Of a DNA stretch of 64,000 bases, positions 1 through 8,762 are shown piece by piece. This DNA comes from Candidatus Saccharimonadota bacterium (lineage in GTDB: Bacteria; Patescibacteriota; Saccharimonadia; Saccharimonadales; SZUA-47): positions 385,449-449,448 of the forward strand of contig CP065013.1 in assembly GCA_016700315.1 (NCBI GenBank), given 5' to 3'. The notes beneath the pieces were generated by a model. The model saw nothing but the letters and a program-made list of their open reading frames with translations. It did not search any database and was not told where the DNA came from. A program made the position numbers and the translations under genes. Positions within the stretch are counted from its first letter, which is position 1; each line of letters opens with the position of its first letter.

Positions 1-1
1 G

Positions 2-769
2 GTCAACAGCTTAAGAGAGAGGGGTGGGCTTGACTTCACCGCGTCCAACAACATTCTATCGAATAATAAAGATATAGCCGTGATTGACTGGGCCTCAAGC
101 ATTAAGCCTGAGCTAGTCGCAAACGACGGACTCGGTGTACACCCTTCGTCAGGCAAGGGGCGGGAGGCATTTGCTAATACTGTGGCAAGCGGGATTAGTG
201 GTGGTGGGGCTTCAGTTAGCGGCGGTTGTACTGGCCAAAAGCTTCCAGGCAATAATGATGCTGAGAAGGTTTGGAATTTCTTTGTTGGCAAGAACTGGCC
301 GGTTGAGAGGATTGCGGGGGTAATGGGTAATATGGCGGCTGAGTCGGGGATAACTGCTATGAGAATGCAAGGAGTTTACAACCGAACCGTTTCCTCTCGG
401 GACGTAGATATAAATAGCGGCTTAGGTTATGGTGTAGTCCAATGGACACCTGTTAGGAAGCTAATTGCGACTGCTACTGAGGCAGGCGTAGCTTACGAGG
501 AGATTGATACTATTGAGTTTCAGTTGGAATTCCTGTGGAATCAGTTACAGGGAACAGCCTGGCGCGGAAACCCCAAAAATCTTTCATCAGAGAAAAGCGC
601 TGGAAACATTATTAACCAAGCAAACACTATTGAGGAAGCCGCGATTGCTTTTGCGGTTAAGTATGAAAGGTGCGCTGACTGCCAATCAGCCTCAAGTGGC
701 TCTACACAAAACCGTATCCGCCTGGCTCAAGACATCCTGGTTAAGTACTCTTCGGGAGTGCCGAGATGA
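2..769 (+). CDS. Secreted cell-wall hydrolase, 5'-truncated by the window edge: end of an SGNH/GDSL-type hydrolase domain fused to a phage-tail-lysozyme-like peptidoglycan hydrolase domain
   Basis: The frame is open from nt 2, with no stop before the GTG at 80 used by the ORF track, so the gene starts left of the window. 'NDGLGVHPSSGKGREAFANTV' resembles SGNH block V. 'ERIAGVMGNMAAESG...GYGVVQWT...IEFQLEFLWNQL' matches the phage tail lysozyme signature. Confidence 0.6.
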   Translation, partial: VNSLRERGGLDFTASNNILSNNKDIAVIDWASSIKPELVANDGLGVHPSSGKGREAFANTVASGISGGGASVSGGCTGQKLPGNNDAEKVWNFFVGKNWPVERIAGVMGNMAAESGITAMRMQGVYNRTVSSRDVDINSGLGYGVVQWTPVRKLIATATEAGVAYEEIDTIEFQLEFLWNQLQGTAWRGNPKNLSSEKSAGNIINQANTIEEAAIAFAVKYERCADCQSASSGSTQNRIRLAQDILVKYSSGVPR

Positions 770-2226
770 GTTCGAAAATAATAAAAACTGGCCTAATAGC
801 AATAATACTGTTGTCCTTTATCGTGATAGTTTTGTTTAAAGTATCGTCAACCGGCCAACTACAGATATTCACAGACGGCGCTGCAAGCATAAAGCTGGAG
901 GTCATTTCAGCTACTGGCAAACGATATTACTATGGTGACAATAAGAAAATTTTCATCCCTAAGGGCAACTACGCAGTAAGGGTGTACGACAAAGACAACA
1001 AGACTAGTCTCTATTCAGCAGTAAAAATATCTGGGTTTTTAAAATTGAGCCAGGTCAAAGGAAAGCTGATACGAGAGTACGGTAGAGAAGTCTTGGCCGA
1101 TAACCCAAAGAGTTGTATCAATTGGATAGGGGGACTGGTTGTGAGCAGTGATTGTGGCGGACCTTTTGCCGAGGTTGTGCTACATAAACCAGCCATGGCG
1201 ACAACCCCCCCGGTGGCCGAGGGCGACAGATCCATATCAGGAGACGTGGAGAGTATTTTTAGCATTGGCGGCGAGTCTTTAGTGCTAATACAAACAGCCA
1301 ACCTCGGCCAGAGCTTGCAAGTTATAGGCAAGTTCTCGACCTCAAACAATGAAATAAAATTTAGCCCTACCGCCCAACTACCCTGGATAAAACAATCGAC
1401 TACCTATGTAGTAAATCCATACAGGGACGGGTTTGTCTTATCTTCAGTTGCGGACTCGAGTATATACTACTATCCCGGCCTCTCAGCACTAGATAAACCA
1501 CAAGGGCTTTCAATCCCACAAAGCACAAACCCAAGCCTAGAGATTCAGTCTTTCGCTTTTTCAAAAAATGGAGAATATGCTGTTTTATATAGCCCGCCCA
1601 TAGACGAATCGGTAAAACAAGACAGCTCGGAGATAGTGTCATCAAACAACAAGCAAGCGCCAATAGTGCTGAAAAACATCAAAAAGATTGTCTACTGTAA
1701 AGAGTTTTTGTGCGTAGTCACGACGAAGGGGCTAAATCTTTACAAGGATGGTGCGCTAACAATGTTTATCCCAAATATTGGTGATGTTATCGCAGACGAC
1801 TCCAAGACCTACCTCGTAGACAATTTAGGGGTGTTGGACTTTAGCCTTGAAGAGTCTAGGGGTTTCTATGTCTACACCTTTAGTGGGTATTCCTATCGGA
1901 CTGCCGCAGTCGCAGACGATGGATTGATTGTGAGCATTAGAGATGAACACGGAGTTCTTGCTATCAACCTAAACAAACAACTAGGAGATACCTCTATAGA
2001 CACTAAGATTTTTGAACTTCGTGGCAAGCCCTATATCGATAAGGTGTCGGTGTATAAAAATATAATATACATCTCACCAAATTTGGGGCAGCCAACTTTC
2101 ATACAATCTATCGGGGGCCTTGGTTTTAGCAATGAGGTAAAGAGCAGCGTAAAGTCGTCTATAGCCAAAGATGCTCAGGCGCTTGACCTTACGTCTTTCA
2201 AAATAATAACGCCACTTCTAGATTAG
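766..2226 (+). CDS. Hypothetical membrane-anchored protein with a large extracytoplasmic beta-rich domain
   Basis: 486-aa ORF with an ATGA stop/start overlap with the upstream hydrolase gene. It has an N-terminal hydrophobic helix 'GLIAIILLSFIVIVLF' and no catalytic motif that I recognise. Confidence 0.55.
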   Translation: MSSKIIKTGLIAIILLSFIVIVLFKVSSTGQLQIFTDGAASIKLEVISATGKRYYYGDNKKIFIPKGNYAVRVYDKDNKTSLYSAVKISGFLKLSQVKGKLIREYGREVLADNPKSCINWIGGLVVSSDCGGPFAEVVLHKPAMATTPPVAEGDRSISGDVESIFSIGGESLVLIQTANLGQSLQVIGKFSTSNNEIKFSPTAQLPWIKQSTTYVVNPYRDGFVLSSVADSSIYYYPGLSALDKPQGLSIPQSTNPSLEIQSFAFSKNGEYAVLYSPPIDESVKQDSSEIVSSNNKQAPIVLKNIKKIVYCKEFLCVVTTKGLNLYKDGALTMFIPNIGDVIADDSKTYLVDNLGVLDFSLEESRGFYVYTFSGYSYRTAAVADDGLIVSIRDEHGVLAINLNKQLGDTSIDTKIFELRGKPYIDKVSVYKNIIYISPNLGQPTFIQSIGGLGFSNEVKSSVKSSIAKDAQALDLTSFKIITPLLD

Positions 2227-3287
2227 CCTATAGCAATTATCGTTGCGCCTTCTTGGAAATGCTCTATTACTACGTCGGCGTCGGTGGTCGTGATAAATGT
2301 TTGATAGTTTTTGAGTCTCTCGGCCAAAGCTTTGCGGCGGCGACCGTCAAGCTCGCTAAAGACATCGTCGAGCAGCAGGATGGGGCTTTGAGTCTTTGAC
2401 GACATCTCGAGCTCAATTATTTTGAGCGCCAGGAGTAGGCTCCGGACTTCGCCACGACTGGCTCGCTCGCGAGCATCTACGCCTTCGAACAGGACAACAA
2501 AGTCGTCGCGATGCGGCCCGCTAACAGTAAAACCGGTTTCTAGCTCTAGCGTGTGCTTAGACTTAAGCCTGGCCAGCAGTTTACTGCCGTAGCTTTGGTC
2601 GTAGGCTATCTTAGTAGTGTAGCTTAACTCAATTTTATTAGCTTTGCCTCCTAGCTGTTTGTAGGTACTGGTAATTTTTTTGTTTATACTTCTAATCAGC
2701 TCGGCCCTAGCCGCTACAATCTTTTCTGCCAACTCTACCAGCTGCACGTCCCAGACAAAAAACTGACTTTGGCTAGCATTGGTTTTTAGTAAGCGGTTAC
2801 GCTGGAACAAGATTCTTCTGTAGCGCTTGAGGGTATCGTGAAGCGTAGTATCAAGACTGGCGGCGAAGCTATCCAAATATTCTCGTCGCTCAGCTGGCTC
2901 ACCCGCTATCAGACTGAGGTGGTTTGGCTCAAATAAGACAACCGGCATCATCTGAGGGGCCGAAAACCTTTTGTGTGGCTTGCCATCTATGATGAGGCTT
3001 TTTTGCAGGGTATCACTGGCGACGACCTCTAGTTTTAGCGTTCTTTCGGCGCCATTTGTTAATAGCCCGTCTAGCCTCGCCCAGTCTGACCCAAACCTAA
3101 CAACCAGCTGATCCCGTCCGCGGTAGGTGCTACCGGAAGCGATCATTAAAATAGCTTCGAGTAGGTTGGTCTTGCCGCTAGCGTTCGGCCCAACAATAAT
3201 GTTCACACCACTACTAAACTCAAAAGAGCCATCGAGGTAGGAACGAAAACTTTGTAAGCGCAGCGAAGCCAAAAAGCTTTTAGCCAT
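2223..3287 (-). CDS. recF: DNA replication/repair protein RecF
   Basis: 354 aa. Walker A 'GPNASGKTNLLEAI' and C-terminal 'ILLLDDVFSELD'. It lies downstream of dnaA-dnaN on the same strand. Confidence 0.9.
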   Translation of the reverse strand: MAKSFLASLRLQSFRSYLDGSFEFSSGVNIIVGPNASGKTNLLEAILMIASGSTYRGRDQLVVRFGSDWARLDGLLTNGAERTLKLEVVASDTLQKSLIIDGKPHKRFSAPQMMPVVLFEPNHLSLIAGEPAERREYLDSFAASLDTTLHDTLKRYRRILFQRNRLLKTNASQSQFFVWDVQLVELAEKIVAARAELIRSINKKITSTYKQLGGKANKIELSYTTKIAYDQSYGSKLLARLKSKHTLELETGFTVSGPHRDDFVVLFEGVDARERASRGEVRSLLLALKIIELEMSSKTQSPILLLDDVFSELDGRRRKALAERLKNYQTFITTTDADVVIEHFQEGATIIAIG

Positions 3288-3309
3288 TAGCCTTTAGCCA
3301 TTAGCTTTT
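3275..3309. repeat. 7-nt-periodic array AGCTTTT AGCCATT AGCCTTT AGCCATT AGCTTTT, spanning the recF start and the 3' end of the four-helix-bundle ORF
   Basis: Read directly from the sequence. 3279-3292 and 3293-3306 form a 14-bp tandem duplication (13/14 identical). 3275-3285 is the reverse complement of 3661-3671. Confidence 0.85.
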
Positions 3310-3640
3310 TCATAAAACCACTAAGGATTGACGCCACTTCATTAGTGTGCGCAAATAGCTTATTAAAACTCTCTTCGTCAAAGTATGCTCTGTCAAAGCC
3401 AAGAATCAACATAGACTTTATCTCGGCCGACGATCCGCGAGCTATTCTTAGATAGTTATTAAAAGATTTGTCGCTAATTCTTTCGCTGCCTTCAGCGATG
3501 TTGTTCATTATCGACACGGAGGCGCGTTGAACTTGGTCTTTATACGAGTAGTCTTTACAGTTTTCAAGTGCTTCGTATATTAACAGTGTTAGTGATCGGG
3601 CTTTCTGCCAAGCAATTATATCTCTGAAATCTTGTGCCAT
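3287..3640 (-). CDS. Four-helix-bundle protein (23S rRNA intervening-sequence protein family, PF05635/TIGR02436; Avd-like fold)
   Basis: 117 aa and all-helical in character, with the family hallmark 'ASVSIMNNIAEGSER...ARGSSAEIKSML'. TAATG stop/start overlap with recF. Confidence 0.8.
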   Translation of the reverse strand: MAQDFRDIIAWQKARSLTLLIYEALENCKDYSYKDQVQRASVSIMNNIAEGSERISDKSFNNYLRIARGSSAEIKSMLILGFDRAYFDEESFNKLFAHTNEVASILSGFMKKLMAKG

Positions 3641-3661
3641 ATAGACATTTTATCCTTTCTG

Positions 3662-3696
3662 GCTAAAAGCTAAAAGCTTGCGGCTAATAGCTTTTT
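3662..3696. repeat. 7-nt-periodic array GCTAAAA GCTAAAA GCTTGCG GCTAATA GCTTTTT between the dnaN stop and the four-helix-bundle ORF start
   Basis: Read directly from the sequence. It is complementary to the 3275-3309 array. It also contains a local hairpin: on the minus strand, AAAAGCTAAAA(AAA)GCT pairs with AGCTTTTAGCTTTT. Confidence 0.8.
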
Positions 3697-4791
3697 TTAG
3701 CTTTTAACGGGCATGACTACTTGAAGGGCACTTGGGTCGGCTGGGTCTTTGAGTATGCATGGCTCTAGCTTACCATTCATACAGAAAACTACCTTATCGC
3801 CAGTCAGGGCGTTGAGGGCGTCCATAAGATAGCGAGAATTAAGTGTCACCGCACCATTGCCTGAGGCTATGGCTGCCACCGCAGAGCTGTTTTCACCAAC
3901 CTGAGACGCAACAGATTTAACAGACAGCTCATTCTTGGTGTCGTCAACCTCTATCTGGATGCTGCCGGCTGCTTCGCGGGCAAACAAGCTTGCCACCTTG
4001 GTTGCGGCAAGTAGCTCGCTTTTTAGAGTTTCGGCCGAGACTTCAAACTTGGCCGGTATCAGCTTGCGGTAGTCTGGATAATTGCCGTCGATCAGACGTG
4101 AAATCACCTCTACGTCACCCGCCTGGAAACGCACTTGCTGTTCGTCAAAAGTAAGGGTAGTCTCTTCGTTGTTGTGATCCCCAAATATCCTTAAGAGTTC
4201 GCTCATGGTGGTGGCTGGGACCAGTAGCTTTACCTCTTCTTTGACACCGCTGGTAGTTTTTTCGGCTAGACGATAGCTGTCGGTTGCGGCAAGTGTTAGT
4301 TTGGAAGCATGGCTGTGAACGTAAACGCTAGTCAGCACTGGCCTTGTATCGTCGCTACTGGCAGCGAAAACGCTTTGCTGAAGGGCTTTCTTGAAGTCGG
4401 CGGTTTTTAGTTTAATGGTTTTGCCGTTCGTAATTGCTGGCATCACAGGAAATTCGTCCGGGTTCATTCCGTTGATAGTAGACGTGTACTTGCCGGTGCT
4501 AATCTTGAGTTTAAAATCATCGCTCTGAAGCTCGACCACATCATTTGGCAGATTACTAACAAAATCCTGTAGCAGGCGAGCGGGTATGGTTAGCGAGCCT
4601 TCCTCGGTTACTTTTGCGCCAATAGTTTCGGTGATTGCAATGTCGAGATTAGTGCCGGCAATTACTAGCCGGTTGTCGACTGTTTTAAGTAGAATGTTAG
4701 CTAAGATAGGAAGGGAGTTGCGGTTACTGGCAACACGCGACACGGCACTTAGTGCGCGGTGCAGGTTTTCTTGGGTTACTTGAAGCTTCAT
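3697..4791 (-). CDS. dnaN: DNA polymerase III beta subunit (sliding clamp)
   Basis: 364 aa. Typical N-terminus 'MKLQVTQENLHRALSAVSRVASNRNSLPILANILL', three-domain length, and position immediately downstream of dnaA. Confidence 0.95.
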   Translation of the reverse strand: MKLQVTQENLHRALSAVSRVASNRNSLPILANILLKTVDNRLVIAGTNLDIAITETIGAKVTEEGSLTIPARLLQDFVSNLPNDVVELQSDDFKLKISTGKYTSTINGMNPDEFPVMPAITNGKTIKLKTADFKKALQQSVFAASSDDTRPVLTSVYVHSHASKLTLAATDSYRLAEKTTSGVKEEVKLLVPATTMSELLRIFGDHNNEETTLTFDEQQVRFQAGDVEVISRLIDGNYPDYRKLIPAKFEVSAETLKSELLAATKVASLFAREAAGSIQIEVDDTKNELSVKSVASQVGENSSAVAAIASGNGAVTLNSRYLMDALNALTGDKVVFCMNGKLEPCILKDPADPSALQVVMPVKS

Positions 4792-5032
4792 GAATTCTCC
4801 TTATATATTATTTATATTCTTAGTTATTTTAATAAGGCCTGTGGAAGATGGGTATAACCCCAACAACAACAGATCAAAAAAAGTATTTTTGGCTGGGCTA
4901 GAGCTGTGGTTTAATCGATGGTTCGAGGTAAAACTTATAAACAGGCACCTAAGACCAAGTGCCGTGCTGTTCACAAACCCAGGCGCTTTCACACAAGCAG
5001 ATACTATAACTAGCCACATACTTTCCACAAGT
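4792..5032. other. dnaA-dnaN intergenic region with an AT-rich stretch and degenerate DnaA boxes (possible second half of a bipartite oriC)
   Basis: AT-rich run at 4801-4835. TGTGGAAGA at 4840-4848, TGTGGTTTA at 4905-4913 and CTTTCCACA at 5021-5029 each differ from TTATCCACA (or its complement) at 2-3 positions. Confidence 0.45.
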
Positions 5033-6424
5033 CTATGCATAGAGTTTTTCCTTTATCTCAATTATGTGTTGGCGGGTGTGCGGGTCAATGTTCATGTCTG
5101 CCTCGATTTTCTCCACCGAATGTATGGCGGTGGTGTGGTCTTTCCGCCCAAGCTCGCGGGCAATTTTGGGGAAACTAAGGTGAAGCTCGCTACGGAGCAG
5201 ATACATAGCAACTTGCCTTGGATAGACAATCTCCTTGTCGCGCTTCGGCCCAACCATCTCGTCTAAGCCTATCTGGAAATGACGTGCGGTTTTTTCAACC
5301 AAGGACCTAGCACTAATGTGCTTCGGTCTGTTTTTGCTATTACCAAGCAAGCTGGAGGCAATGACTAGGTCTGGTTTAAGCCCGCGCATTTCACAGAAAG
5401 CCAGCAGCTGGTTTAGTGCACCCTCAAGTTCGCGAATGTTAGTCTGGATTAATCGGGCAAGGTATTCAACAACATCTTGCGGCAACTCAGCCCCAGCCTG
5501 CTCGGCCTTGGTTTGGATAATAGCGCAACGAGTTTCGAAGTCGGGGTTTTGCATGTCGATGGCCATGCCCCAAGTGAAACGACTGCGCAACCGATCTTCT
5601 AGGGTTGGAATGTCGCGAGGCGGCTTGTCGCTACTTAAAATAATCTGTTTGTTTGCCTGGTGTAGGGCATTAAATGTGTGGAAGAACTCTTCTTGGGTTT
5701 TTTCTTTGCCGGCTATAAACTGGATGTCATCGACGATCAAAACATCAGCCGATCGGTAGTAGCTAGCGAAGTCGGTGTTTTTTTTGTAGCGGATAGCGTC
5801 GAGGAATTCTTGGACAAACTGTTCAGTTGAAACATAAACAACCCTAGCGTCCTTTCGTCTGGCTGCAATTGCATTACCGACAGCCTGGATTAAGTGAGTT
5901 TTGCCGATCCCAACTCCACCGTACAAAAATAACGGGTTGTATTTTGAGCCGGGCTTGCTGGCAATCGCCTGGCAGGCGGCGTAGGCAAGCTCGTTGCCTG
6001 ATCCGACAATGAAGTTTTCGAAGGTGTATTTTTCGTTGATCCCCTGACGGTATGAGTGGCTTAGGGTGTTGCGCCGCTCCGACTGCGTCGTTTCTTCTGG
6101 TAGGTTAAGTATGACGGCGTCATCGCTGCTACGAGACTTTACCGGCCCGGAGTGTATCTTAAAGGAGATCGAACGGAGATTTAGGCCATTCTTTTTTAAA
6201 AGCTCTAAAATCTGGTCGGTGTGGCGGCGTTCAAGTTGTTGCTTAATAAAAATATTTGGTACGCCAATGACCGCATTGTCGCCGTCGTGTTTGAGGAGAT
6301 GGGTGTTTTTGAACCAAGTCATAAAACTGCCTCGTGAAATCAAAAGTTCAATCTCGCCAAGCACAGCCTGCCATATACCTGAAAGTTCTTGCACCTGTTT
6401 ATTTCCCCTCTTTTCTATTCTCAT
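5033..6424 (-). CDS. dnaA: Chromosomal replication initiator protein DnaA
   Basis: 463 aa. AAA+ Walker A 'GGVGIGKTHL', Walker B 'VLIVDDIQF', and C-terminal DNA-binding signature 'KDHTTAIHSVEKI'. Confidence 0.95.
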   Translation of the reverse strand: MRIEKRGNKQVQELSGIWQAVLGEIELLISRGSFMTWFKNTHLLKHDGDNAVIGVPNIFIKQQLERRHTDQILELLKKNGLNLRSISFKIHSGPVKSRSSDDAVILNLPEETTQSERRNTLSHSYRQGINEKYTFENFIVGSGNELAYAACQAIASKPGSKYNPLFLYGGVGIGKTHLIQAVGNAIAARRKDARVVYVSTEQFVQEFLDAIRYKKNTDFASYYRSADVLIVDDIQFIAGKEKTQEEFFHTFNALHQANKQIILSSDKPPRDIPTLEDRLRSRFTWGMAIDMQNPDFETRCAIIQTKAEQAGAELPQDVVEYLARLIQTNIRELEGALNQLLAFCEMRGLKPDLVIASSLLGNSKNRPKHISARSLVEKTARHFQIGLDEMVGPKRDKEIVYPRQVAMYLLRSELHLSFPKIARELGRKDHTTAIHSVEKIEADMNIDPHTRQHIIEIKEKLYA

Positions 6425-6769
6425 CTAAACTATACCCGTAAATTGTTTACTTTTCCACAGCTAAGCCAGTCTAATTTTAACAACAGCTTGTTTCGACCAG
6501 CCAACAGGGTAGTTTTGTACACAGCAAAATTTAACAGATCAACTTCTGTGGAAAAGCCTTCAGCCATGGTGGAAAAACTATCAAAAACAGTGACTTTTTG
6601 TGGTGAAAATTACGGACGACTTGTTTATTTTTGGCATCTAAGATATTTAAATAATCAATAAAAAATCCTAAATCATTGGCTAAAATACATCTTCCTTTGA
6701 CTGCCCTTCGTTTTAGCGAGCAATTTCATTTGTTAAAAATCTAATTTACAGATATAATAGTATTTAATT
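6425..6769. other. Putative oriC core: DnaA-box cluster plus AT-rich unwinding region between divergent dnaA and rpmH
   Basis: TTTTCCACA at 6451-6459 and its complement TGTGGAAAA at 6547-6555 are each 1 mismatch from the consensus. GGTGGAAAA at 6568-6576 and TGTGGTGAA at 6599-6607 are weaker matches. An AT-rich stretch lies at about 6640-6670. Confidence 0.6.
6730..6758 (+). promoter_or_regulatory. Sigma-70-type promoter of rpmH-rnpA
   Basis: TTGTTA (6730-6735), a 17-nt spacer, then TATAAT (6753-6758), 11 nt upstream of the rpmH ATG. Confidence 0.5.
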
Positions 6770-6907
6770 ATGCCAAAGCGAACATTCCAACCAAAAAAGC
6801 GCCATGCTTCAAGAGTCCACGGATTCTTGGCTCGTATGGCTAGCAGGTCTGGTCGCGACGTACTCAAAAGACGCCGCAACAAAGGCCGCAGAGCTCTTTC
6901 GAAGTAG
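6770..6907 (+). CDS. rpmH: 50S ribosomal protein L34
   Basis: Not in the ORF track because it is only 45 aa. My translation is [45 protein letters not shown], the canonical L34 sequence. It ends in TAG. Confidence 0.9.
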   Translation: MPKRTFQPKKRHASRVHGFLARMASRSGRDVLKRRRNKGRRALSK

Positions 6908-6919
6908 TAAGGAGAAATT

Positions 6920-7255
6920 TTGTTAGCAAGTAAGTACCGCTTCCATGGACGCGGGTCGATTATGCATACCTTTAGAAGGGGGCAGGTTCATCGTAGCTCT
7001 GCTCTACAGATTAGGGTTTTCGCCAAGAAATCTGGCGGGCCGAAAGTAGCGGTAGTTGTTTCAAAAAAAGTTGATAAGAAGGCCGTAGTGCGGAACCGGA
7101 TTCGACGACGCATATTTACGTATATGGAAAATCAGCGTAGTCGTTTGGGCTCCAACGATCTCGTAATCTCGGTATTCGATAACAGTATAAGCATTAAACC
7201 GGCTGGCGATGTAGCAATTGAGCTGGACGATCTGCTCAAAAAAGCTGGTTTGTAG
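6920..7255 (+). CDS. rnpA: Ribonuclease P protein component
   Basis: 111 aa and basic, with the RNase P motif 'KKAVVRNRIRRRIF'. It directly follows rpmH. TTG start. Confidence 0.85.
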   Translation: MLASKYRFHGRGSIMHTFRRGQVHRSSALQIRVFAKKSGGPKVAVVVSKKVDKKAVVRNRIRRRIFTYMENQRSRLGSNDLVISVFDNSISIKPAGDVAIELDDLLKKAGL

Positions 7256-7320
7256 GCAATTTTACTCTGTTACTTGAGCCTTGGGGTTGTTATAATGTAG
7301 CTAAATAACAGGAGTAGCTA

Positions 7321-8298
7321 ATGTTCACAACCCTTATAGTGCAGCCATTATTCAACCTACTAGTGGCGATTTATGCTATTATTCCTGGCCATAACTTTGG
7401 CCTTGCCATCATAATATTTACAGTTCTAGTGCGCTGGGCAATGTTGCCACTGCTCAAAAAACAACTACGTAACACACTTGCCATGCGCTCACTACAGCCC
7501 GAGCTAAAGCGTATAAAAAAGGCCGCAGCTGGCAACAAACAGACTGAGTCGATGATGGTCATGGAGCTTTATAAGGAGCGGGGCATTAATCCTTTTGGCG
7601 CAATTGGCTTACTGATTGTTCAGCTGCCATTGTTTATCGCTCTATATTCTGGGTTGCAGCGTATAGTTAAAGACCCAAACTCTATCCTAAATTTTTCTTA
7701 TAGCTGGCTACAAGATTTGCCCTGGATGAAAACTTTGGCCGCTGATATTTCTAAATTCGACAACACACTCTTTGGTTTGGTTGATCTCGGGCGTACTGCG
7801 GTCGAGAAGGCCGGGGGTGTTTATTGGGCGGCGATGATTGTGGTTGCGGGCAGTGCATTAGTCCAGTGGCTACAAATTCGCCAAACCATGCCCCATGACC
7901 CAGAAGCCAGAAAACTCCGCCATATACTCAGAGATGCTAAAACGGGCGAACAGCCCGATACCAGTGAAGTGAATGCCGCGATGGGTCGTAATATGAGTTT
8001 CTTCATGCCAATATTCATTTTTATGATCACTGTGGGTATTGCCGCGGCGATGTCGCTTTACTGGCTGGTTAGCGGTCTGGTGGCCTATATCCAACAAGCC
8101 TACCTGCTTAAGCAAGATGAGTACCAGCTTGAAGCAATTGCCAATTCTAAAACAGCTACTGGCGGCGGTAAGGCTCGATCTGGCGTTACCACCACAATTA
8201 TCACTAGCGAAGCAAAAACTAGCGGTCCCAAAAAAGCGGTCGCAACCTCTTCATCTAAAAACTCTAAAAATCAAAAACATAAAAAAAGGAGAAGGTAG
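7321..8298 (+). CDS. yidC: Membrane protein insertase YidC/Oxa1 family
   Basis: 325 aa and multi-TM. 'RWAMLPLLKKQ' and 'MELYKERGINPF' are typical of short Gram-positive-type YidC. rnpA-yidC-jag synteny. Confidence 0.9.
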   Translation: MFTTLIVQPLFNLLVAIYAIIPGHNFGLAIIIFTVLVRWAMLPLLKKQLRNTLAMRSLQPELKRIKKAAAGNKQTESMMVMELYKERGINPFGAIGLLIVQLPLFIALYSGLQRIVKDPNSILNFSYSWLQDLPWMKTLAADISKFDNTLFGLVDLGRTAVEKAGGVYWAAMIVVAGSALVQWLQIRQTMPHDPEARKLRHILRDAKTGEQPDTSEVNAAMGRNMSFFMPIFIFMITVGIAAAMSLYWLVSGLVAYIQQAYLLKQDEYQLEAIANSKTATGGGKARSGVTTTIITSEAKTSGPKKAVATSSSKNSKNQKHKKRRR

Positions 8299-8762
8299 TG
8301 GAAGAGAGTATACTTTTTGCCAAGAAATATTTAGAGGACGTGCTGTCGTTTTTTGGTCTCAATACTGACGTCTATGCAACTAGTGAGGACGGCGAAGTAA
8401 TTGAGCTAAACATACCGAGCACCCACTTAAACGGCTTTTTGATCGGGCAGCATGGCGACACAGTAAGATCGCTCCAGTACCTAGTTAGTATGGCGCTTAA
8501 AAACGCTGGCTATGAGCACAACCGCGTCAATGTCGACGTCGCTGACTACAAGAAACAGCGGGCTCATCGTCTCGAAGACCGAGCTGTCGAGTGGCTTGAG
8601 CAGGTTAAAAAATCCGGCGAAGCCAAACACCTAAGCCCAATGAATGCTGCTGATCGCCGCACCATACACCGGCTAGCGGGTGAGCACGGTCTTACCACCC
8701 ACAGTGAAGGTGAAGGCCGCGACCGCCACATTGTTATCGGAGTAGAAGCCCCCAGTAATTAG
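8298..8762 (+). CDS. jag: Jag/KhpB-type RNA-binding protein (KH + R3H domains)
   Basis: 154 aa. R3H region 'PMNAADRRTIHRLAGEHGLTTHSEGEGRDRHIVI'. One-nt stop/start overlap with yidC (TAGTG). Confidence 0.8.
   Translation: MEESILFAKKYLEDVLSFFGLNTDVYATSEDGEVIELNIPSTHLNGFLIGQHGDTVRSLQYLVSMALKNAGYEHNRVNVDVADYKKQRAHRLEDRAVEWLEQVKKSGEAKHLSPMNAADRRTIHRLAGEHGLTTHSEGEGRDRHIVIGVEAPSN

Noticed and set aside
3287-3640. Diversity-generating retroelement, considered because the four-helix-bundle ORFs are Avd-like
   Set aside because: No reverse transcriptase ORF (no YxDD-type motif) is present in the window. I saw no template/variable repeat pair differing at adenines. The same applies to the second copy at 41785..42159.
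4586-6428. Antisense ORFs inside dnaN and dnaA (4586..4783, 4790..5266, 5316..5759, 6066..6428). Similar shadow ORFs occur inside other large genes (for example 9916..10305, 30519..30806, 58017..58343).
   Set aside because: They lie opposite strongly supported genes, have skewed Arg/Ser/Cys-rich composition, and carry no motifs. They are typical shadow ORFs.
6389-6661. 90-aa + strand ORF in the dnaA-rpmH spacer
   Set aside because: It spans the DnaA-box/AT-rich origin region, has no RBS, and has low-complexity composition. The region is better explained as oriC.
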